DNA from: Octopus sinensis
Taxonomy: Eukaryota
Direction: 5' to 3'
NCBI RefSeq assembly: GCF_006345805.1
Contig: NC_043017.1
Span: 1,426,001 to 1,490,000, forward strand
DNA length: 64,000 nt
Below are positions 51,284 to 64,000 of the stretch, piece by piece. Each line of letters begins with the position of its first letter. The stretch's first letter is position 1. Made by a program: the position numbers and the translations under genes. The notes under the pieces were generated by a model. That model ran no database searches, was not told the origin of the DNA, and worked only from the letters and a program-made list of their open reading frames with translations.

Positions 51284-51802
51284 ATACATAAAGGGTTATA
51301 TGTGTGGGACTGTTCATAAAACCCTTATCAAACACTTTCCCGATTGTGTGATGAGTGCAGCATCAACAAGTGGCATGGTCGAAAAGTAAAGGAGAGAGGG
51401 AGGAGACCTCAAATCGAGAAAGAGAGAGAGAGAGAGAGTCCATTTGTGGGCTTGTGCTTCACTTATCGACAGCGAAATGATCAAAAGTAAGTTATACTCG
51501 CGTTCGGTGGTACTTTTAATGGCAGAGAGCATTCGAATGGAACGATTAGTGCCAAACAGTTTATCAAGCGCTCTATTGAGTCTGACAATTCGTTGATTCT
51601 TATAGAAAAATTACTGTGTAGGTGTATGTGTAAGCCGTCGCGAAGACATACGTATATAAGTAGAGTCAACGTAATCTATAAATGTATAATGGTGAATGTG
51701 TATATAAAAATAAATAAGAATATTAATGCATACAGACATACTTATATGTGAGTACGTATGAATAGACACGCGTTAAAACACACACACACCCACGCGCAGA
51801 CA

Positions 51803-51843
<41 letters not shown>

Positions 51844-52192
51844 GGACATATACGTGTATGTGCATACTAAATATAGTTTTGCACCATCTCTCAACTATCA
51901 AATGATCTCTTTATCGGTCTAGGTATATATTCAATGAATATATGCATATATATATACATGTGTGTGTGGTGTACATATATATATATATATATATATACAT
52001 GTGTGTGTGGTGTACATATATATATATATATACATGCGTGTGTGGTATATATATATATATATGTATTTATATATACCTGTATGCCTATATATATATATAT
52101 ATACCTATATAATAAAGAAAAGTTGTAAGGTGTGTGTATATATATATGTGTGTGTGTATATATAAAGAGTCAGGAAGATAGGGAAATAAACA

Positions 52193-52227
<35 letters not shown>

Positions 52228-52813
52228 TGTGCGTGTGCGTTGTGTGAGAGAGAGAAAGAGAGAGGGATGTACAAAAAATCGAAATCGAATAACAAATATC
52301 TGTTGAAACTGATGCCCCAGTAGAATACAAAAGGTAACACACGGTGGGACTGAACCTGAAACCACTTAGTTCGTAAGCAAACTCTTCACAACACAGCTAC
52401 GCCTAAATTGCACACAGACACACACACACGCACACTTATGCACACACATAAAACACATCTAGATTTGTGTGCACATACATTTACAAATACGTTTATATAT
52501 AAGTATATATGTGTATGCATATGTGTGTATAAGTGTGTATGTATATATATATATATGTGTATATATGTGCATATGCATAAATATATATATACATACACAC
52601 ACACATACAGGTATAGTTGTCTATACGAACTTCCATACATGCATACATATATATATATATATATGTGTGCGTGTGTGTGTGTGTATGGGTTAGCACATTT
52701 ACATCTGTCATATATCTATATACTTATAGAATTGTAATATTATTATTATTATCATAATTATTATCAGTAGTAGTAGTAATAGCACACCAGTAGTAGTAGC
52801 AGTAGTTTTAGCT

Positions 52814-52895
<82 letters not shown>

Positions 52896-53404
52896 CAGTA
52901 GTAGTTGTTGTTGTTGTTGTTTTAGTAGTTGTAGGGGCAGCAATAGGAGGAAAGAGTAATATAATTATCATTATTAGATATACACGGGTATGTGCGGTTT
53001 GTGTATTCTTCTGTATGTGTCCTTTTGATTGTGTGTTAGTTAGCTTACGTGTCTCTGTGCTCGAGTGAGTTCGTGTATTTGTTCTTTAGAATAGATTTCC
53101 GAAAGCCTTTCAATGTATAAATCTATTAATGCAGCCTCAGTTGACGATTCACGCAATAATCTTGATATCAAACATATTAAACAAACTTCGGTGGAATACA
53201 TTTTTGGCGAAACCTTGTAAATGCCAGCCAACTTTATACTAGAGTCTTTCCAATATCGAAGACCCGTAGCCAACAATTTGTACGAATATGTACTCATCAT
53301 ATAGTTCATTAGCAAACTATATCTATTTATCTACCTATATATATATATATACTGGTAGATAAATATATATACATACATACATATATATATATATAATATA
53401 TATA

Positions 53405-53435
<31 letters not shown>

Positions 53436-53533
53436 CATACACAAACACACACACACACAAACATATATATATATAAATATACACACATATATGTATATAT
53501 ATAATATATACATATATGTGTGTGTGTGTGTGT

Positions 53534-53584
<51 letters not shown>

Positions 53585-54107
53585 CATATATAAAGTAGTG
53601 TAAAGCTGGAACAATGCGAGAAGATATAAAGTGAACTGCAGGGCATTCGCAAAATTAGTGATTGAAAATATTTGTTGCTCATAAGTGTGCGTGGCGAGGG
53701 GGGGGAGTATAAGGGAAGTAGGAGGAAGGCCACATTTTCTGATGCTATGGTAACCAGTGTGCATCGTGCACTTCCTTCCTGCTTTTTCCTGACTCGTTTT
53801 GAATTTATCTACAAGAACGGCTTCAATAAAGAAGCTTTTTTCCTATTATACTGCAGATGAGGTCTCCACCCATAATTATAGAACTACAAGATAAGATTGC
53901 AACTTTCTTGTGTTTTCTTGTCATTTTGTCGTTTACTTTGTACCTTCGCGCATCGTTCCGCCTTTAAGCAACAACATTCTTTACATTATGCGGCACAAAA
54001 TTATACAGCTTCACAAAAGTGTCTCATTTTACTCTGCATATGTAATAATAACAACAACAACAACAACAACAACAGCAACAACAACAATAATAATAATAGT
54101 AATAATA

Positions 54108-54212
<105 letters not shown>

Positions 54213-55397
54213 GTGATGATGATGATGTTGAGGATGATAATTTATAAGCTTTAAGCTTATAAAATAGCTATAAACTTGAGGCTCATAAAAAAGCTACAAG
54301 CTTTAAGCTCATAAAATATTATTATTTCCAGTATTGCAAAAATTAAACACTGCCTAACAAACCTTATATGCATGTGTGTGTGTGTGTGTGAAAGTGGAGA
54401 TATACAACTGTCAATTCAAATATTGTAATTTATTAACATGATATAATGATATATTATATTCATATAATAATATAACACTAGCTGTAACCTTGAAAAGTTC
54501 ACGGAAAATATGGAAAAAAGTAAGCGTATGTAAATCGTGTGCTGTTGCCATGAGAAAAGTTTCTATATTGTGACAGATGCAGAATATAGAAATAAGTCTA
54601 AAACCGATAACTATATAATCCAATCAAAATATCTCAGTTACGCAAACATAGAATTACTATTTAGCCTTAAAATACATCGTAATATTCCAAGAACTTTCTT
54701 GCTTTATTGGTACGGAAGTACTTCTGATATTCTGTAATTCTAAAGTAGAAAACACTCTTTAAAGCATAGAATTGAATTTCTTGTAGCCACCTGTTGGCAA
54801 CTTTTCTACCCCACCCATTTTCTAGGATGTATTAGCCAACACGCTGGGCTCCTCCACCACCTACCCATCTTCATTATTGTACTAACCACTGCTACTCACT
54901 TACCCCATGTTCTGTCCCCGCCCTCTGTCTTCTCTGATGCCTTGTATATACCTTGGTAATTTCCCTCCCCCGCCAATCTGAATTCTCTTTGCAAATATTC
55001 CACCTAGCCACTCTAAAACCAAATAATTGCCATACCTGTATATATATATATATATGTACATATATATATATATGTATATACATATATATGTATGCGTGTG
55101 TATATGTGCGTGCGTGTGTGTATGTGTATATATATATATATATACAAACACACAAATATATATATCTTGATACCATTCCCTTTATCAACTCTCCCCAAAA
55201 CCTATCAAGCCTCCTACTACCGCCTTCAAATTCTCCTTTCTCGCCATGTTTGAACTTTTCTGCATCATGATCCGAAATATCAAATCTTTTCTGTCCTCAT
55301 CTCGATTTATCCAATGCTGATGGCTTCCATTGCGGATTTCATATTTTGATATGCGTTTCTCCCTGTAATTATTCCCCACAACCGCTCTACAATCTGT

Positions 55398-55545
55398 TTG
55401 GTGTGTTTACGTCCACGTAAATTAGCGGTTCGGCAAAATATATCGATAGGATAAGTAACAGGCTCAAACTGTAGTAGAAATAAACACTGAATTCCATCGA
55501 CCACAGATTTTCCGAGGCTGTATCCCAGCATGGCCGCACTCTAAT
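55398..55545 (+). mobile_element. SINE family A 3' part, diverged
   Basis: GGTGTGTTTACGTCC...TTAGCGGTTCGGCAAAA...CCCAGCATGGCCGCA. Confidence 0.65.
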
Positions 55546-56559
55546 AATTGAATCGCTCCAGAACAATAACAGTTGTTAACTGGTCCTCACTGAACTACGT
55601 AACAACATCAATAAAGTGTTCTGAAAATGAAAAAAAAATGGTTACTAAATCCCAACCTAATTCCTTCAGAGTAGAAGCACTTATATTACTCTTAGATATA
55701 TTATTATAGTTAAAAACTATTGATCACTATCCTGAATGTTCTTTGATATCTAATAGTTTTATTTCCATACAGGCCTTATCGAAGTGTATCAGCTCTCTTT
55801 AAATTCTCGTTTTAATAGATGAGCAATCCTCTCGAATTAGGTGTGCAAATTATACCGTATGTCTTTGCTTCCATGCAAACGTCAACGAATTTGCTTCTTG
55901 GATTTTTTTTTTTTTTATAGGAGTAATTAAAGTATTGACCACAATAAATGCATCAAATGTCAAGCTGGCAGATCGGAAAGAATGTTTAGTGCTATTTTTT
56001 CCGGTTTGATACGCCCAGAGTTCAAACTATATGGCAAAAAGAAACTTCGCTTTCAGTCATTCGGAGCCGCACTGTACATAGATGTGTGTGTGTATGCGTA
56101 TATACACGTACATCAATACACACACACACACACACATACATATATATTTATATAAATATATATGAATATATATATATATTCTTTTATTTGTTTCAGTCAC
56201 TTGACTGCGGCCATTCTGGAGCCCCGCATATATATATGTATCACACTTTAAAATATACGCGCACATATATGTATATACACATAAACACACGCACTGAGAC
56301 ACAGATACATAAATTATAAATTGAAGATACATTTCTCTACAATTTCAGACAGTGTCTATATGTATACATCTACTCTCAACCCCACCACACATACATATAT
56401 ATATATACACATGTAAATATTAGAACACTATGCAATGTGTTGTTAAGAGGATAAAACGTACTGAGATATATTATTCATAAATAACACAGAATGAATTACG
56501 TTCTCATTATATACAAATACAGACAACAGGGATTGGACACACAAATACAGAATAAGGTG

Positions 56560-56879
56560 AAGACATTTCGTTTTTGGATTTGATTTGCAAGATTCTTTAC
56601 ATGAGTTCGTGTGTTGAAGCATATTCTGTTGTGTCTGGGGAGAGTCATTTTCTTTTTTTGCCTTATAATCTAATACACTCTCCAGTAAAATTTCCCCCAT
56701 TTTTCATATTTTTATTTTCCTAAAATTTTCGTGAAAATTATATAGTGAAAACTATTGAAAAGGTTGCAAGACGCAACGAAAATTTTAGGAAATAAAAATA
56801 AGAAAAAAGTGGATATTTTACTGGTGAGTGTGTTAGATTATAAGGCACAAAAAGGAGATGACTCTCCCCAGACACAACA
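56560..56879. repeat. Fold-back (palindromic) repeat, copy 1; arms ~56627-56732 and ~56776-56879
   Basis: TGTTGTGTCTGGGGAGAGTCAT...CCTAAAATTTTCGT versus ACGAAAATTTTAGG...ATGACTCTCCCCAGACACAACA. Confidence 0.85.
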
Positions 56880-57279
56880 TAAGGTGAATACAGTTTCAAT
56901 ATTAGACATTTTTCCTTTACTTGGCGGTGTATTCCAATATGATACCCCGTGGTCTGTGTAACTGAACACCTCACAAACCAACAAAATGTGATTTTCCAAT
57001 CCACGACAGTTTTTATGCTTCACTGAAGGCGGCATGATTGTTGTAAATCAGATATTTTACGGTCCAAACCAAAAGTTTTCGTGTTTATATGAAACATTTT
57101 ATGTGTGAAAACGTGAATAAGTTCCATGAACTTAAAGTGTGAATGTTTTAGCTGAGTGTATAAATATGTTCACGAACTTTGTACATGAGATTATTAACCT
57201 TTCTGCATCTCTGCCGCAAGCTAGTATTTTCTGAGTTGTATTTCATATATATATGTATATATATATATTATTATATATA

Positions 57280-57312
<33 letters not shown>

Positions 57313-58555
57313 GGTAAGAAAGTTGGTATGTGAAAGCACGTGGCTGAATATATATATGTGTGTGTGTGTGTGTGTGAATATATATTTATTTATATATACA
57401 TATATATATATATATGTGTGTGTGTGTATGTATGTATATATATATATATATACGTGTGTGTGTGTGTGTGTTGGTATGTCTATTTACATACATATATGCC
57501 CGTAAATATATGGTTGTATGTACATATATTTATACATACTTCTCCCTATATATATTTGTATCTATCTATATATATATATATATATGTATGCATGGGTGTG
57601 CGTTTCTTTATTCCTATATGTTACCCACATTCGCATAGATAAATCTGATTCACTCCATTGTTCTCTCCTTTTCTGTCTCTCTTTCTGTCTCTGTCTCTCT
57701 GTCTCTCTGTCTCCTTCTTTCTCGCTCTGGCACTAATTTCCCCTCTGTCTATGCTAATCTGTATGTCCATATACGTACAAGTACATGACATTTCTATGTA
57801 GAATTTCTTATACAATATATTGTACACTATACCGATATTGTCTCTAACTCTAGGTTTTACAGCTTTTGGCGGAATAGCAAAATTTTCCCATTATATCCAA
57901 AATTCTTTATAGCGAATATGTTAGTCACAACGGTACATAGCTAAAATCCTGTCAGTGAAAATTTCTGACAACAGTGAAAAATAAAATAACTGTTATAATA
58001 CTTATTGACATCTGCAAACTTCTGTAAAGTTCAATATAGAATTCAAACTTTTCCCGTATAGTCTCCTGTGTCCATGAATATTGGGTTATCACTGAAAGAG
58101 TACGAACTGGAATGCAAGTTGAGAAATGGGACTCCACCGACTGTTTAGGAGTAACGTCTATCAGTTATATATATATATGCACATATACGCAATGCTGTTA
58201 TACGTAATGAAAAGGAATTGCAGGATCAACCCCACATACGATATAACACGGAAGAAATGGTGGAGTTACTCCGAATATCACTCACTATATCTCTGATTAT
58301 TCTTGTTAATCATCTTTTAGAAACGATGTATCTTTGTGTCAGAAGAAGCTGTGAAGTAGCAGACATATTTCTTACATTTCTTACGTTTTAATTGGATGAT
58401 TGATTAAAATATTCATTTAATTCTGCTTCTTTATCGCGTAATTTGACAACTACGAGGAAGTACATGCTTACATACATGCATACATACATATATACACATA
58501 AATATAAACGTATATATAAATATGTATATATGTATATATATTATATATATATATA

Positions 58556-58600
<45 letters not shown>

Positions 58601-58688
58601 GTATATATGTATATATACACACGTACCTACCTACCTACCTACCTACTCACATACACATACACAGATAGATATAAATTTTTGCACCACG

Positions 58689-58723
<35 letters not shown>

Positions 58724-59329
58724 CCATAAGGCTATCTACCTATAGATTCATCCGTCTATTTTCTCTCTCTCTCTCACGCTCCTCTCTTTCTCTTTCTCCC
58801 TCTATCAATCAATCGATCTACCTACCTATCTATCTATCTTTCTGTATTTCTTATTATTTAATCGTCTATTTATCTATGTGGTTACCTTGCTAGCAAGCTA
58901 TTCATCTGTTTGTCTAAATATGTGTGTGTGTGATAAGCACGCATACACATTCACGTAGAATTACTTTGCTGAGTATTGTGAAAATATTCCTATACTAAGG
59001 TTTTGGAAATACAAATGATCATTTGGCGTGTGTGTATATGTGTAGATATTCACCCGCATTGACTTGCATACATGGATTATGAATAAATGAAAGCCGAGTT
59101 CTCAATACATGGTGTAGTGTATATGTCTTTTTGAAAATGAATGCTTCAAGTAATGTGAAGAAATTCTAGATAACAAATTCAAACAACTGCAAGGCATTAA
59201 TTCACACAGGGATAAACACAGACATAATATATTAAGATTATATTACCTGATCGATATACAGACACACACACATATATATATATATATATTATATATATAT
59301 ATATATGCATGTATGTATTGATTTTTCTT

Positions 59330-60060
59330 TTTTCTAATTTATTCAAGTGAAATCTGATGTCGTTATTCCCTTCTATTTCTGGTAGGAGTTACAACTATGT
59401 AGTTGCCAATTTGACCTCTGTACGTAGTGACGAAGTCAACGAGGGAATATTGCGTCTGGTGGTGGTAACGTGAGAGTGTAAATGTTGTTGTGTCACATTT
59501 TCTTCTTTAGCCATTAATTCTGTACAGACCTATCACTGCATATCCTTTATGTTTTCGGTTACAATGTATATTATATCTTGCTGTACAAATACGATTATAT
59601 TTGGTGGAGATTTCAGTAACTTCGAAATCTATGAAAGGTTGTACTGGTATCTGCCTAAATCTATCCTGAATGTATACTCCAGTTCTTTCAAGTATCTTGA
59701 AATTCGATCCTAAGTTGTCAATGTTGCTTTTCTAACAAATAATTAATCATTAATAAATTACTACTTTTTGCTGAGGATGTTCAATTAAGGTGTACAGCAA
59801 TCCCTGATACGTAGCCTCTGTACCTACTCATTCCGAGTTGGCTCCCTTGTTTTTCTTGAGTACAATGAATTTTTATTATTTGTCTGATGTGGTTCTAATA
59901 CGACTGAAGCATATCCAACGTTTTACCGTCTAATTGTTCGGATTAATCACTAACGCGCATCAACGTTCCATTTGGAAATATTTTGGCAGTCCTGAATTCT
60001 CGACCTTAACGTTTCTTAAGAACTAATATTTAATTAACCTCCATGATATTTTCTTCTCTT
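59330..60060 (-). mobile_element. Very old Penelope-like RT fragment
   Basis: Colinear but heavily mutated motifs: CALVINP (CRLINP), RIDLGRYQY (DL....Y.P), SPPNII (HPP.II), TTRRNIP...EVKL (RRNIIWF...VKT). Confidence 0.45.
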
Positions 60061-60883
60061 AGCTGAGTGTGCAATTTTGCTAAACAAAAATAATAAATAA
60101 CAAGGCTGTAATCAGGGACACCACTATAAGCATGTAACTCCTCATACCACTACAAACCACTAAACCATATTGTTTTAAAGAAGAATTGATCTTAATGCTG
60201 TTTCCACCAGGTTCAATATTTGTAAATAGAATATATCTAAAACTTTTGTTTTAGGCAATTTCACCGTATGTTTCACGAAGATTTTTATCTGAGATTAAGC
60301 TTTTACCGTGTTCAAACGACCGTCAATAATATGCTTTGTTGGAACTGTAAAAGTTCTGGATTTAACGAATTATGGCCTACATGTGTGACGAATTATTTCT
60401 AAGTAGCTTCACTGGAACAACTAAAATCTTTATAGTTCTCTCTCATAATATTTTCTCCCTCTCTCTCCATTCTCACTCTCTTCCTCCATCTCTTTCTCCC
60501 TCACTCACTATCTCTTTCTTTCGCTCTTTCTCATTCCCTCTCGCAGTTAATGAAAATAAAGCTGCCTTATAAAGGAAAACATGTTCTGGTTTATTGTGGC
60601 AGGATTGATTGCAAAATTTCTTTTCAAAACCGTTCACAATCACTTAAATTAACTTCCATCACGAGAGTGTAATTACGGAATCTCTCATCCGAGATAACGT
60701 TAGGGGTAGCATTAGTGTTATTATTAGCAATAATAGTAATCGTGGTAGGAGTTTGTGGTAGAGCAGTACAACAACAAAACTTTGAACTAATACTACGCCA
60801 ATGTCTACAAAAAATAACATTTCTAACATGGGCATAATAATAACACCATCATCAACAACAACAACAACAACAATAATAATAAC

Positions 60884-60957
<74 letters not shown>

Positions 60958-61174
60958 TGACAATAATAAGAGCGTTGATTTAAAAATACAAAAAAATAAT
61001 AACGAATAAATTTAAAATTTTAAGACCTGAATCAAAAAGTATGGAAAAGAAAGATTTTCTTTGAAAGAAAAATCACTTCCTCTTATTTGGGGTCAAATCC
61101 ACTCTTCGCGTTTTATCTGAGTAAACTTTTATCTTTTTGTACTGTATACATGTTTGTCTTATCTTGGTATAGTT

Positions 61175-61440
61175 TTTGGATTTCGTTTGCAAGATTCTTT
61201 ATATGAGTTTGTGTGTTGAATCATATTCTGTTGTGTCTGGGGAGAGTGATTCTCTTTTTGTACCTTATTATGTAACACACTCACCGGTAAAATTTCCACT
61301 TATTCCTTATTTTTATTTCCTTAAAATTTTCTTTGCGCCTTCCAACCTTTTTCAATAGTCTTGATTAGTGGAAATTTTACCGGTGAATGTGTTAAATTAT
61401 AAAGGCACAAAAAGAAGATGACTCTCCCCAGACACAACAG
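61175..61440. repeat. Fold-back (palindromic) repeat, copy 2; arms ~61228-61301 and ~61367-61440
   Basis: Same unit as 56560-56879, including the unpaired leader TTTGCAAGATTCTTT...GTGTGTTGAA.CATATTC, with a different inner breakpoint. Confidence 0.85.
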
Positions 61441-61569
61441 ATTGCTTGGTTTGCTTGCATGTTTATTCTTTTCATAATAAACAAAGCAATTATATTATTT
61501 TCATCTGCTTATTTGCTTTAGTAATTAGACTACGGTCATGCTGTAGCACAAACTTTAAAGTTTTTTTTT

Positions 61570-61740
61570 TCTTTTAGTCAAACATATGGAAACCAGTCCT
61601 AATTATTTTATTTCTAATACTTAAAATATCGGGTTCTTTTGCCGAACCACTTTGTTATGGGCAAGTGAACAGACCACCTTCAGTTGTCAAGCGTTGTCGG
61701 TGGCACAAACACTAAGACATGTACACACATACACACACAC
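61570..61740 (-). mobile_element. SINE family A 3' part, diverged
   Basis: TCTTTTGCCGAACCAC...CAGTTGTCAAGCGTTGTCGGTGGCACAAACAC. Confidence 0.6.
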
Positions 61741-61979
61741 CTGTATAATCACAAACATTTATAGGTAAATATATGGCGTCTAAAATATACATGAGGTGCT
61801 CAATAAAGATGTACATGCATACATACATATATATGTATGTATATATATATGTATGCATATATATATACATATATATATATAGTTTCCCTACACATACATA
61901 TATTCTTATATTCTCTGCAGATTACCAGCAGATGTGGCGCTTATGAGTTTGTTTAAAATTCACACACACGCACACACAC

Positions 61980-62034
<55 letters not shown>

Positions 62035-63092
62035 GGCTAGTGCAAAAGACACTGCTTTATTTCTTGCCCTGTGTTATTTGAACCCCAAACCACTCAGTTG
62101 CCAGCTTATAGCCATACCTGCCGCTATTCATTTAATCTATTTTATTGGTTCATTTTATTTTAAATGTTGTGGTCTTTTTGTTGTTGATATATTTTTATTC
62201 GATGTTTGTTTTATATTTGTTAGCATTTTATTACCGTTTCCTACTGGCAGTAATTTAAAAGAACTTTTTATTTATCATTTTTTCGTTTTAGTTTTCTAGT
62301 CATCTTTTTTTCAATGTATAATTGGTTGGCACTTTTTATATTCCTCATACTCTTGTTTCACTAAATTTTTTTAATATTTTCTCATGTTTATTTGTTTTAA
62401 GCCACATACAGGTGAATTAGTGGTCTTTTCTGTATGGATAAACATCGACAAAGCGTGTGTATTATATATATTTTATGTCTATTTATTTCCCGCTATTTTG
62501 ATTTTATTTATATTCTTATATATTTACTATATTTTTGGTTTGAGTAATTTGTTAAAAATTGAATTTCGTGAATAGATCTTTAATTATTATTTATCGACCT
62601 GTTAATGCGGCCTCCCTTTTTTTTATATCTTTTTCTGATATTTATTTTATATTGTATATTTTTGCCCCATTTTTTTTTTTTTTTCAAATAACACCAACTC
62701 ATTGTATGGCGATCAGAAAATACTGTTCGACTGAATCAAACAAAATAAAAGAAATAGATAAATAATACAACAGGTCCAAAAGCAATTAATTTTAACACAA
62801 AACATGAGGTAAAAGAGATACGACCTAATGGTTTATCTCTTTGCCAAATCTCGCAGCCATGTTGCTATGAAATTAATTCACCGAGCTAAAGAAGCGATAA
62901 GGAATAAAAGCTCGCTGAGTTGGTATTTATACACATGATGGGAGAGACGATGATGTGATTGCGTTTGTGGGCAATAGGTGAAAGTATTGGATAGATAGAT
63001 AGAATGAAATACAATTACAAAGATGAAAGTACAAAATATAAGTGTGTATATGTATGTATATATGTATCTGCCTGTATGTATGTATACACAGC

Positions 63093-63243
63093 CGGCTTTT
63101 TTCAGTTTCCGTCTACCAAATCCACTCATAAGGATTTGGCCGGCCCGAGGCTAGAGTAGAATACACTAACCCAAAGTGCCACGCAGTGGGAATGAAACCG
63201 GTAACATGTGGTTGGGAATAAAGCTTCTTACCACACAGTCACA

Positions 63244-63246
<3 letters not shown>
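63093..63246 (-). mobile_element. SINE family A 5' part
   Basis: TTCAGTTTCCGTCTACCAAATCCACTCATAAGG...GTGCCACGCAGTGGG...CTTCTTACCACACAGTCAC. Confidence 0.9.
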
Positions 63247-63293
<47 letters not shown>

Positions 63294-63299
63294 ATATAA

Positions 63300-63345
<46 letters not shown>

Positions 63346-63485
63346 GCTGCAAATGAGTATAAGTCAGGTATATATATATATATATATATTTGTATGTCTC
63401 TATATTATATATCTGTGTGTGCGTGTGTGCGTGCGTATGTGTGTATGTGTGTGTGTATGTGTGTGTGTGTGTGTGTGTCACTCAC

Positions 63486-63624
63486 CAGCAGGGCTAGGAA
63501 GTGGCTTGCAATCAAGGAACTTTGGATTAATTAAAATGTGCTTCTGACATATTACATAATTCTTGCTCGTTTATTTCTAACCACTACTCAGCGCATCTTA
63601 ATCAGTAATGTTACCGTTTGGAAT
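63486..63624 (-). other. Candidate non-coding (UTR/lncRNA) internal exon, 139 nt
   Basis: Acceptor TCTCTCTTTCTCTCTCTGCAG| and donor CTG|GTGAGT, followed by (CA)n. All three frames contain stops. Confidence 0.35.
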
Positions 63625-64000
63625 CTGCAGAGAGAGAAAGAGAGATCTCTGTTCGGTATTTCCCATTAAGGAAATCTAAAGAGCCAGAAAAATGGACCTG
63701 AGATATGGTTCGCAATGTCTGAAATTATGCACTCAAAGCTGTCGTTAGAAGCATTTGACCTCGCAGCGTAGAGAACCAGAACGATTATTGCAAAGCAATC
63801 TATCCGATATTCGAAAGGACACCAACACTCTGTGTATATAATTATATATGTGTGTATATGTGTTTGTGAGTGCGCGTGTATATTTATTTTAAAATGTGTG
63901 TAAACAGTGTGAATATTGTAATAAACCTTCAAGTGCGACTCCGTGAGAACCTATTGGTGACATTTTCATTAAAACTTCTCTAAGTATCTAGCTGTTTATT

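Noticed and set aside
51469-51490. Microexon-like CAG|CGAAATGATCAAAA|GTAAGT (and a similar one at ~33170-33185)
   Set aside because: The acceptors are weak and such short matches are expected by chance.
53040-53315. 91-aa minus-strand ORF ending at a GTAAG donor
   Set aside because: It has no acceptor and no recognisable domain, and starts next to a microsatellite.

Overview
AT-rich eukaryotic, repeat-dominated DNA. The mix of tRNA-headed SINE families, LINE and Penelope debris and dense (TA)n/(CA)n/(TAA)n/(CAT)n microsatellites looks like an octopod cephalopod (Octopus-like) intron or intergenic region; this taxon call is inference from repeat style, not a database match. I found no host protein-coding exon I can support. 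Nearly all ORFs in the supplied track are microsatellite translations, antisense shadows or decayed transposon frames. Recognisable content: decayed RTE, CR1-like, L1/Tx1-like and R4/Dong-like LINE fragments, several Penelope-like element (PLE) fragments, one mariner transposase remnant, at least four tRNA-derived SINE families (labelled A-D here), a 5' U2 snRNA pseudogene fragment and two fold-back repeats. The most interesting signals are: (1) a composite element with a Pol III/tRNA head and a PLE-type minimal hammerhead-ribozyme tail, plus other short hammerhead-bearing elements ending in (TA)n; (2) two SINE/LINE pairs sharing 3' tails, one with an L1/Tx1-like LINE; (3) apparent microsatellite-targeted LINE insertions; (4) a perfect 51-bp inverted repeat; (5) a strong orphan non-coding exon candidate near the right end. 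All alignments and translations were done by eye, and repeat boundaries are approximate (about +/-10-30 bp).
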